Shown here piece by piece: positions 34,108 to 40,896 of a stretch of 40,896 bases of DNA (positions within the stretch are counted from its first letter, which is position 1; each line of letters begins with the position of its first letter). A model generated the notes under the pieces. The model did no database searches, had not been told where the DNA came from, and was given only the letters and a program-made list of their open reading frames with translations. Made by a program: the position numbers and the translations under genes. Location: the IMG/VR virus record IMGVR_UViG_2558309052_000002. One strand, given 5' to 3'. The DNA is from a virus (lineage: Duplodnaviria; Heunggongvirae; Uroviricota; Caudoviricetes).

Positions 34108-35877
34108 ATGACCCCGGCACTGACTGAAAAACTGGTTGAAACAGCCCGCGCGGCACGTGACGCGGGGCATGGTAAACGCGGTGCAATATACGACGCTGCC
34201 TGTGCTGAACTTGGCATGTCCCGCGCCACTCTGCTGCGCAGGCTGAAGGAGGTATCTGTGACTGATAAACGCAAAAAACGCGCCGATGCCGGGCGCAGCG
34301 CCCTGACCCGCGACGAAGCCGCGCTGATATCTGCCACACTGCGTGAGGCCACCCGCAAGAACGGTAAGCGTCTCTATTCCATCGCAGATGCAGTGGAAAC
34401 CCTGCGGGCTAACGGCTTTATCACCGCAGGCAGAACAGATGAAACCACCAGTGAGTTTTTCCCGTTGTCTGAAGATGCCATCAGCCGTGCTCTGCGTAAC
34501 TATGGCCTGCACCCGGAACAACTGGATGCCCCTGCACCACATACCGAAGTGGCCAGTCTGCATCCCAATCATGTCTGGCAGATTGACGCCTCACTCTGCA
34601 CGCTTTACTACCTGAGCAATGGACATAAAGGGCTGCAGGTGATGGACAGCGCGAAGTTCTACAAGAACAAGCCCGCTAACCTTGCCCGTATCGCCAGTGA
34701 CCGCGTGTGGAGTTACGAGATTACCGACCATGCCAGCGGCTGGATTTACGTTGAGTATGTGACGGGCGCGGAATCAGGTGAGAACCTGTGTTCTGTGCTT
34801 ATCAACGCCATGCAGGAGCGTGGCGGCGCAGACGTGCTGCACGGCGTGCCGAAAATACTCTATCTCGACCCCGGCTCGGCAAACACCGCGGGTATGACGA
34901 AAAACATGTGCCGCTCACTGGGCATCGACCTGATAGCGCACAAGCCGCATAACGCCCGCGCCACCGGACAGGTGGAAAAGGCGCGTGACATTATCGAACG
35001 CAAGCTGGAGCCGGGTCTGAAGTTCCGGCCGGTTCACAGTCTGGAAGAACTCAACGCGCTGGCCGCGAAATGGCGCAGCCACTTTAACGCCACGGCTGTT
35101 CACAGCCGCCACGGTAAAACCCGCACGGATATCTGGCTGAAGATTACTGCTGAGCAGCTGAAAAAAGCGCCTTCCGTTGAGGTATGTCGTGAACTGGCTG
35201 TGGCGGCACCAGAACTCCGCAAAGTCACGCCAAAACTTCGTGTCTCGTTCCGGGGCACTGAATTTGACGTATCAACGGTACCGGGCGTACTGGTTGGTGA
35301 AAAACTGATGATTACCCGTAACCCATGGCGCAGCGATGTGGCACAGGTGGTTCTGACCGGTGAGGACGGCCACGAGACGTTCTTCCTGGTCGAAGAGGTC
35401 AGAAAGAACGAGTTTGGCTTTGCTGAAGGCGCGGCGGTATTTGGCGAAAGTTACAAAGCCCTGCCGGAAACCCCGGCACAGATGGCGGCAAAAGAAACCG
35501 AAGCGCTGGTTACCGGTACAGACAACGCCGCAGATGCAGCCGCCGCACGCAAGGCGAAGGCGCTGCCGTTCGGCGGGCGGCTTGACCCGTATAAACATAT
35601 CGACGACACCACACTTCCGGCCTATATGCCGAAGCGTGGTCAGGCCTCTGACGTACGCGGGCCGCGCACTGAACAACGTCCCATGACTCATGTGGAGGCC
35701 GCGAAAGCCCTGCGCGATAAGTTCAGCGCCGACGGCCTTACCTGGACGCCGGAACATTACCGCCAGTTAACGGCACAGTACCCGGACGGCGTACCGGAAG
35801 CCGCACTGGATGAAGTCATGGCCACGCTGACCACACCGGCCCGCAGCAGTGTTATCAGCATTGTTAACGGCAACTGA
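34108..35877 (+). CDS. DDE transposase (MuA-like function, rve-type core)
   Basis: 589 aa; N-terminal HTH-like region, candidate catalytic acidic residues (HVWQIDAS, YLDPGSANT) and gene order directly before an AAA+ MuB-like ATPase. Shorter than MuA (663 aa). Confidence 0.8.
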   Translation: MTPALTEKLVETARAARDAGHGKRGAIYDAACAELGMSRATLLRRLKEVSVTDKRKKRADAGRSALTRDEAALISATLREATRKNGKRLYSIADAVETLRANGFITAGRTDETTSEFFPLSEDAISRALRNYGLHPEQLDAPAPHTEVASLHPNHVWQIDASLCTLYYLSNGHKGLQVMDSAKFYKNKPANLARIASDRVWSYEITDHASGWIYVEYVTGAESGENLCSVLINAMQERGGADVLHGVPKILYLDPGSANTAGMTKNMCRSLGIDLIAHKPHNARATGQVEKARDIIERKLEPGLKFRPVHSLEELNALAAKWRSHFNATAVHSRHGKTRTDIWLKITAEQLKKAPSVEVCRELAVAAPELRKVTPKLRVSFRGTEFDVSTVPGVLVGEKLMITRNPWRSDVAQVVLTGEDGHETFFLVEEVRKNEFGFAEGAAVFGESYKALPETPAQMAAKETEALVTGTDNAADAAAARKAKALPFGGRLDPYKHIDDTTLPAYMPKRGQASDVRGPRTEQRPMTHVEAAKALRDKFSADGLTWTPEHYRQLTAQYPDGVPEAALDEVMATLTTPARSSVISIVNGN

Positions 35878-35887
35878 GGAGGGAAAC

Positions 35888-37054
35888 ATGCTGGTACTGA
35901 AGCAGCAACTGAAAGAGGCCCGTATTCCACAGGCGGTGGTGGCGAGAGCTGTCGATGTTTCTGAGGCCACGCTGGCCCAGATTGTGAATCATAACGCGTG
36001 GCCCCGCACCAGCCCCGGAGAAGTGCGCCGGCGTCTTGCGTCCTGGCTGGAAAGTCAGGGGATTGATACAACGAAGAGTTTTGATGCTGTACAGGGCGCG
36101 GCCACGCCCCGTACAGCGGGTACCACAGATAAAACGAGCCTCAGTGAGGAAGAGAATATGTTACTCAAAAAACAGGTGTTATTTCCAGCAACCAAAAAAG
36201 CGTTTGGTCTTTTCCGTGACCCGTTCGCCGACGAAGCCATGCAGGGTTCTGATGATGTGTTCACCACCCCGGACATTCGCTACGTGCGTGAGGCGCTGTA
36301 CCAGACAGCCCGTCATGGTGGGTTTATGGCCGTCATCGGTGAGTCCGGTGCGGGTAAATCCACGCTGCGCCGCGACCTGACTGAACGTATCAACCGCGAG
36401 AATGCGCCGGTAATTGTTATCGAGCCATACATCATCGCTATGGAAGACAACGATGTGAAAGGGAAAACCCTGAAGGCAGCAGCTATTGCCGAAGCCATTA
36501 TCAGTACCATCGCACCACTGGAAAGCATCAGACGCAGTCAGGACGCCCGTTTTCGCCAGTTGCATCGCGTCCTGAAAGACAGCAGCCAGGCGGGGTTCAG
36601 CCACGTTCTGGTGATTGAGGAGGCCCACAGTCTGCCCATTCCGACACTGAAACACCTCAAACGCTTTTTTGAGCTGGAGTCCGGTTTCAAAAAACTGCTG
36701 TCCATCGTGCTGATTGGCCAGCCGGAACTGGCGACAAAACTGTCTGAACGCAATATGGAAGTCCGTGAAGTCGTTCAGCGCTGTGAGGTGGTCGAACTTC
36801 TGCCTCTGGACAATAACCTTGAAGAATTTCTGACGTTCAAACTGCAACGGGCCGGTAAACAGCTGACGGACATTATGGACGCCGGTGCAGTGGATGCCAT
36901 ACGTGCCCGCCTGAGCAATCCGGGAAGTCACCGTAAAAATATGGTCAGCCTGCTGTATCCGCTGGCCGTCAGTAACCTGGTAATAGCCGCCATGAATCTG
37001 GCCGCTGAAATCGGGGTTCCACAGGTCAACGCTGACGTTGTCAAAGGGGTTTAA
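35888..37054 (+). CDS. MuB-like transposition ATPase (AAA+)
   Basis: ATG at 35888 with RBS GGAGG; Walker A GESGAGKST and Walker B-like VLVIEEAH; follows the transposase gene as in Mu A-B. Confidence 0.8.
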   Translation: MLVLKQQLKEARIPQAVVARAVDVSEATLAQIVNHNAWPRTSPGEVRRRLASWLESQGIDTTKSFDAVQGAATPRTAGTTDKTSLSEEENMLLKKQVLFPATKKAFGLFRDPFADEAMQGSDDVFTTPDIRYVREALYQTARHGGFMAVIGESGAGKSTLRRDLTERINRENAPVIVIEPYIIAMEDNDVKGKTLKAAAIAEAIISTIAPLESIRRSQDARFRQLHRVLKDSSQAGFSHVLVIEEAHSLPIPTLKHLKRFFELESGFKKLLSIVLIGQPELATKLSERNMEVREVVQRCEVVELLPLDNNLEEFLTFKLQRAGKQLTDIMDAGAVDAIRARLSNPGSHRKNMVSLLYPLAVSNLVIAAMNLAAEIGVPQVNADVVKGV

Positions 37055-37056
37055 TA

Positions 37057-37326
37057 ATGAAATCCACCACAGGTATCAACCAGCAAATCAGCAAAGTGCA
37101 GTCAGCCATTATGGCGCTTAAGGCGACGAACACGGATGTACAAAGCATCACCATCAGGGGTAACAAACCTGTCATCCGCGTTTCCCGGAGTGCGCATTGC
37201 ATGCGCATGCTTGAGCAGGGAAAGGCCTGTTATCTGTATACCGGACATGACCACAGGGGATATTTCCGTCAGGGCGTTTTCGAACTGCACGGCTGTCGCG
37301 TCGTGTGGCCGGAATCTTTGTGGTAA
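37057..37326 (+). CDS. hypothetical protein (position of Mu kil)
   Basis: 89-aa ORF starting 2 nt after the B-like stop; order-based only. Confidence 0.4.
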   Translation: MKSTTGINQQISKVQSAIMALKATNTDVQSITIRGNKPVIRVSRSAHCMRMLEQGKACYLYTGHDHRGYFRQGVFELHGCRVVWPESLW

Positions 37327-37353
37327 TCAGCACAACTGGAGAAATCATAAAAA

Positions 37354-37884
37354 ATGGCAAAAAGTACAAAAGGTGCAAAACGTATCAAGGCCGCAGCAGC
37401 ACTCTGGGTGCCGGGGACACGTGAAGAGGTCATTGAGGGAATCAGACTACTCGGTGACGCACAACGTGAACTGGTCAGGGCTGAAACAGAAATGAATGAC
37501 GCCATTGGCGATATCACCGCACGTTATGCCCCGCTCACCGAGAGCCTGAAAAAACGCATGGCCGAACTGCAGTCCGGTATTCAGACATGGTGTGAGGCAC
37601 ACCGTGATGAACTGACCGGCAACGGGAAGGTGAAGTTCGCTAACCTCACCACCGGCGAGGTGCAGTGGCGAAACCGTCCGCCATCAGTCAGTATCCGTGG
37701 GGCGGATAATGTTATTGAATTACTGAGACGTCTGGGGCTTGAGCGCTTTATTCGTGTAAAAGAGGAAATAAATAAAGACGCTATCCTGAATGAAAAAGAG
37801 GCCGTGAAAAATATTCCCGGTATTTCCATTAAAAGCGACATTGAGGATTTTTCAATAATTCCTTTTGAGCAGGATGTGCAGTAA
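37354..37884 (+). CDS. gam: host-nuclease inhibitor Gam (Mu Gam family)
   Basis: 176 aa, MAKSTKGAKRIKAAAALWVPGTREEVIEGIRLLGDAQRE...RPPSVSIRG...LGLERFIRVKEEINKDAIL...IEDFSIIPFEQ, strongly co-linear with Mu Gam as I recall it. Confidence 0.9.
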   Translation: MAKSTKGAKRIKAAAALWVPGTREEVIEGIRLLGDAQRELVRAETEMNDAIGDITARYAPLTESLKKRMAELQSGIQTWCEAHRDELTGNGKVKFANLTTGEVQWRNRPPSVSIRGADNVIELLRRLGLERFIRVKEEINKDAILNEKEAVKNIPGISIKSDIEDFSIIPFEQDVQ

Positions 37885-37981
37885 ACACACCACGTTAATT
37901 ATTTAATAAAAACATTTTCTTTTTTATTCCGACGTCAGCGCCGCGGGCTTCTGCACGCCGGAAACAGAGGAGAATTAAATC

Positions 37982-38176
37982 ATGATATTTAAATGTATTC
38001 AGTGCGAGAGGGATATAACAGCCCTGCGTTTTCACAGCGCCATCGCCGTGATGTCCGGTAAATACCACATCCCTGCGGTACGCGTCACCCTGGTCTGCCC
38101 GTACTGCAGCCAGCATTTTTCGGCAGACGTGCCCGTCATGGAATTCTCCCGCCCTGACAGGGAGGACTCGCAATGA
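37982..38176 (+). CDS. small zinc-ribbon-like protein
   Basis: 64 aa with two Cys pairs (CIQC ... CPYC); RBS GGAG upstream. Confidence 0.45.
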   Translation: MIFKCIQCERDITALRFHSAIAVMSGKYHIPAVRVTLVCPYCSQHFSADVPVMEFSRPDREDSQ

Positions 38177-38445
38177 TTACCCCACAGGAAGCACGACAGC
38201 GCACCCGAACCCTTGTTGAACACTATGTCAACGAGTGTGAATGCCGCGACCTCACCGATGTGAAGCACGTCCTGACGGCGCTAATCAGCATGGCCACACA
38301 GGCCATTGTGGCGACCAACGGAAAGGAGGCTGCCCTGCAGGTACTGATGAACACACTCACCCACACGGCAGAGCATGAGGTGCCGTACCGGATGGAAACC
38401 ACTGCAGAAGGCGGCCTGCACATCACCGTCAGCCGGAAGCACTGA
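38173..38445 (+). CDS. hypothetical protein
   Basis: 90-aa ORF; ATG overlaps the previous stop (ATGA). Confidence 0.45.
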   Translation: MITPQEARQRTRTLVEHYVNECECRDLTDVKHVLTALISMATQAIVATNGKEAALQVLMNTLTHTAEHEVPYRMETTAEGGLHITVSRKH

Positions 38446-38454
38446 GGGCGCGGC

Positions 38455-38751
38455 ATGACACGAAACACCGAACTCACCCGCACCGCCCTCTACCGTCTGG
38501 CCCTGCAGCGTTTCGGGCCGGACGCACAGGCCCTGAAACTGGCAGAAGAGGCCGCTGAACTGGCGGCCAGTGCCGCCCGCAACCTGAACGGACAGGGCAG
38601 CGAAAGTGACCTCGCGGCAGAGCTGGCAGACGTGGAAATCATGACAGAGCAACTGCGCCTTCAGGGGATGGACCGGCTGATTGACTTCCACAAACAGAAA
38701 AAACTGGAACGTCTGGCTGCACGACTGGGCGTGATTTACACGAACGAGTAA
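38455..38751 (+). CDS. possible MazG-like nucleotide pyrophosphohydrolase
   Basis: 98 aa; LKLAEEAAELAASAARNL...DLAAELADVEIMTEQL matches the E-x2-E ... E-L-A-D-V pattern of small MazG-type NTP pyrophosphohydrolases. Motif-level only. Confidence 0.4.
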   Translation: MTRNTELTRTALYRLALQRFGPDAQALKLAEEAAELAASAARNLNGQGSESDLAAELADVEIMTEQLRLQGMDRLIDFHKQKKLERLAARLGVIYTNE

Positions 38752-38765
38752 CCGGGAGGCATTCA

Positions 38766-38981
38766 ATGGCTGACATACTCAGGGAAATCACCGCATGGAC
38801 ACTGATTCTTACTGGCCTGGCGACATGCCTCAGTGCGGGGGCAGCCCTGGCTGCCCTGCTGATGCACATAACAACACAGTGGTTATGGGAAAAGCTTAAA
38901 GCAGCATACAGCCTGAAAGAGCTGTCCGACGCTGTCCGGGCATGGAAACGGCAGAAAAATACCGGAGATACAGAACAATGA
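38766..38981 (+). CDS. small membrane protein
   Basis: 71 aa with one hydrophobic helix (ITAWTLILTGLATCLSAGAALAALLM). Confidence 0.45.
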   Translation: MADILREITAWTLILTGLATCLSAGAALAALLMHITTQWLWEKLKAAYSLKELSDAVRAWKRQKNTGDTEQ

Positions 38982-39661
38982 CAGACCAGAATAAACACAT
39001 TGAGAAACTGAAAAAGTTGCTGGCGCTGGCCGCATCCGGCAACCCGCACGAGGCCGCTCTGGCACTGCGCCGAGCCCGTAAACTGATGGATGTTCACGGC
39101 ATCACACATTCCGACATTGCTATGAGTGATATTGATGAAACCATCAGTCACTACTGGCCGACAGGCAGTCTCCGTCCACCGCGCTACATGCTGGGCCTGA
39201 TGAACATCATCCGCGAGGTATTTGGTGTTAACTCCATCATTCACCCCGGCACGCATCCGTCTGTGGGGTTCTACGGCAACCGGGAACGTGCGGCACTGGC
39301 TGCATACACCTGGGAAGTGCTGGCCCGTCAGCTGAAAAAGGCGCGTCAGCAGTATATCAGTGCACAGAACAAAAGAATAAAAACCGCCACCCGCACCAGC
39401 CGTGGAGACCAGTTTGCCGAAGGCTGGGTGCTGGCCGTTATCAGTGAAATACAGTCCTTTGCCCTGACCGATGATGAGCGTGAACTGATGCAGCAGTGGC
39501 TGGAACATAAATACCCGCAGACGCAAACCACCAGGGCGCGTAAACCGGGAAGAAGCCGCAATGGCGACGCCTCGCGCTATGCGGGGTTTCGTGAAGGGCA
39601 GAACGTCAGACTGCACCGCCCGGTCAGTGGGCAGGAACAACAGAAACTGGAGGCCAGATGA
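38978..39661 (+). CDS. DUF2786-like prophage protein
   Basis: ATG at 38978 overlapping the upstream stop; N-terminus KHIEKLKKLLALAASGNPHEAALALRRARKLMDVHGIT is the signature I associate with DUF2786 proteins. Confidence 0.5.
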   Translation: MTDQNKHIEKLKKLLALAASGNPHEAALALRRARKLMDVHGITHSDIAMSDIDETISHYWPTGSLRPPRYMLGLMNIIREVFGVNSIIHPGTHPSVGFYGNRERAALAAYTWEVLARQLKKARQQYISAQNKRIKTATRTSRGDQFAEGWVLAVISEIQSFALTDDERELMQQWLEHKYPQTQTTRARKPGRSRNGDASRYAGFREGQNVRLHRPVSGQEQQKLEAR

Positions 39662-39888
39662 TTACGCTATCAGGTAAAAGCCGGAAATTAAAAGCCTGCC
39701 GAATATCTGCCAGATACCTTTTTGCCCGCGCCTTTTTTAAGAACGTCAGGCCGGGGATCACAATTGGTGTTATTGCCGGACGCGAACAGGTTGAAAAATA
39801 CATGTCAGGTGCATGGTGGAATAACGACCCTGTCATTGCTGCCCGTAATATTCATATCGAATGGGGAGGTATTCAGAATGACTACTGA
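39658..39888 (+). CDS. hypothetical small protein
   Basis: 76-aa ORF, ATGA overlap with the upstream gene. Confidence 0.4.
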   Translation: MITLSGKSRKLKACRISARYLFARAFFKNVRPGITIGVIAGREQVEKYMSGAWWNNDPVIAARNIHIEWGGIQNDY

Positions 39889-40084
39889 AACCATTGTCTG
39901 TTTTCTTTTCTGGTATATGTACGCAGGATCATGCAGCGCAAGACTTCATCGTTCCCTGGGCTATGGCAGGCACTACGACACCGCGCATTACATCCTGTAC
40001 ATGACCGCCGTCATGTTGTTCTGGCCAGTCACCCTGCCAGCTGCAACCGACATTGTTGCCGACAGACTGAAAAAAAGGAGATGA
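39878..40084 (+). CDS. small membrane protein
   Basis: 68 aa from ATG at 39878; two hydrophobic segments (IVCFLFWYMYAG, ILYMTAVMLFWPV). Confidence 0.4.
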   Translation: MTTETIVCFLFWYMYAGSCSARLHRSLGYGRHYDTAHYILYMTAVMLFWPVTLPAATDIVADRLKKRR

Positions 40085-40085
40085 T

Positions 40086-40535
40086 ATGCAGAAAAAACGC
40101 CTGATACAGCTTATCCATATTGCCCGTAATGAACTGGGTATGGATGAAGACACCTACCGCCAGATGTTACAGGGGCTGACCGGTAAAGCCTCAACCAAAG
40201 GAATGGATACCACACAACTAAACTGCGTGCTGGAATCCATGAAAAAGAAAGGCTTTCGCGTTAAACCAGCCAGAAAAGCCAGCTCCGGTTTACCGCTTGA
40301 TAACCATCCGCAGTCCAGGAAAATTCGTGCGCTATGGCTTGAAATGGCTGCTGCCGGCATTGTTCGTGACCGTTCAGAAAATGCATTAGCGAGGTGGATC
40401 AAGCGGGAAACGGGCATCAGCGCCCTGCGCTGGCTCAGTACTGAACAGGCAAGCAGTGTTATTGAGAAACTGAAGAAGTGGCAGCGCAGAGCTGCGGGAG
40501 TCAAACATGAGCGACCTGAATCAGTTTCGAAGTAA
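40086..40535 (+). CDS. GemA-like protein (Mu gp16 family)
   Basis: 149 aa, MQKKRLIQLIHIARNELGMDEDTYRQMLQGLTGKAS...; immediately upstream of the Mor-family gene, as gemA precedes mor in Mu. Confidence 0.6.
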   Translation: MQKKRLIQLIHIARNELGMDEDTYRQMLQGLTGKASTKGMDTTQLNCVLESMKKKGFRVKPARKASSGLPLDNHPQSRKIRALWLEMAAAGIVRDRSENALARWIKRETGISALRWLSTEQASSVIEKLKKWQRRAAGVKHERPESVSK

Positions 40536-40896
40536 GGGGCCGGAACTCCTGGTGGAACTGGCACAGCATACCTCTGAGACCGTTCGCGAGATTATTGATA
40601 TTGAGCCCGAAGTTGCCGACCAGATTGGTCAGGCCGTCGCGAACCGAATGATGCAGGTCTGGGGCGGGCAAAACGTTTATTTCCCGATGGGCATGGTATG
40701 GAAGGTCAGTCAGCGCGACCGGGAAATCTTCAGGGAGTTTAACGGACGCAACCACCACGAACTGGCCCGCAAATTTGGTGTTTCGCTTCAGTGGGTCTAC
40801 AGCGTGGTTAAGCGGGTAAGAAAAGAAGAACTGGATCGGATGCAGGGCAAGCTATTTGCTGATGAACCCGATGCAGATACGGAGAAAAAAGAGTAA
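40507..40896 (+). CDS. mor: Mor/C-family transcription activator
   Basis: 129 aa; core ...WGGQNVYFPMG...SQRDREIFREFNGRNHHELARKFGVSLQWVYSVVKRVRK... matches the Mor/C activator family (HTH at C-terminus). Stop codon is the last triplet of the window. Confidence 0.8.
   Translation: MSDLNQFRSKGPELLVELAQHTSETVREIIDIEPEVADQIGQAVANRMMQVWGGQNVYFPMGMVWKVSQRDREIFREFNGRNHHELARKFGVSLQWVYSVVKRVRKEELDRMQGKLFADEPDADTEKKE

Larger units (their letters stand above)
1446..40896. mobile_element. Mu-like transposable prophage (runs off the right edge of the window)
   Basis: Contiguous block encoding a DDE transposase plus MuB-like ATPase, Gam, GemA-like, Mor, Mu-type head genes (gp27-38 like), P2/Mu-type tail and baseplate, invertase and tail-fibre cassettes. 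Left boundary inferred from a TGATTCACATGAAG sequence resembling the Mu terminal sequence next to host aroA. Other end not in window. Confidence 0.8.

Noticed and set aside
33988-34572. 194-aa minus-strand ORF (also 34106-34339 and 35272-35757)
   Set aside because: Entirely antisense to the well-supported transposase gene in a GC-rich region; no RBS or motif. Treated as a frame shadow.
36179-36931. 250-aa minus-strand ORF
   Set aside because: Antisense to the MuB-like ATPase gene, which has clear Walker motifs; low-complexity translation.
38281-39640. Long minus-strand ORFs (161 and 333 aa)
   Set aside because: They span several short, translationally coupled plus-strand genes of the early operon; Cys/Arg-rich low-complexity translations typical of antisense frames.

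Overview
The window starts with a complete chromosomal aroA (EPSP synthase, 1-1284) and its terminator. From about 1446 to the window end it is one large Mu-like transposable prophage with a P2/Mu-type contractile tail, which runs off the right edge. Reading left to right: a Gin/Pin-family serine invertase next to a multi-cassette invertible tail-fibre region (2167-4234); a minus-strand late operon (baseplate I/J/W/V, D, X, tape measure, frameshifted tail chaperone, tube, sheath, Mu-like head genes, portal, large terminase, and a lysis cassette of holin, signal-anchored lytic transglycosylase and nested spanins); a central accessory region (26.9-32.2 kb) holding a complete IS66-family element, three uncharacterised ORFs, a Dam-type adenine methyltransferase and the CI-like repressor with its operator; and a plus-strand early operon (Ner-like regulator, DDE transposase, MuB-like ATPase, Gam, small accessory genes, GemA-like, Mor). 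The most unusual features are the three-site tail-fibre switching region, a 258-bp in-frame tandem duplication in the tape measure gene, a non-canonical (+1/-2) tail-chaperone frameshift at a G5 run, a conserved late-promoter motif present three times, the divergent late/early layout, and an IS66 element flanked by a 28-bp direct repeat. No tRNA, rRNA or CRISPR array was seen. All functional calls rest on my reading of the translated ORFs and remembered family signatures; no database search was run.
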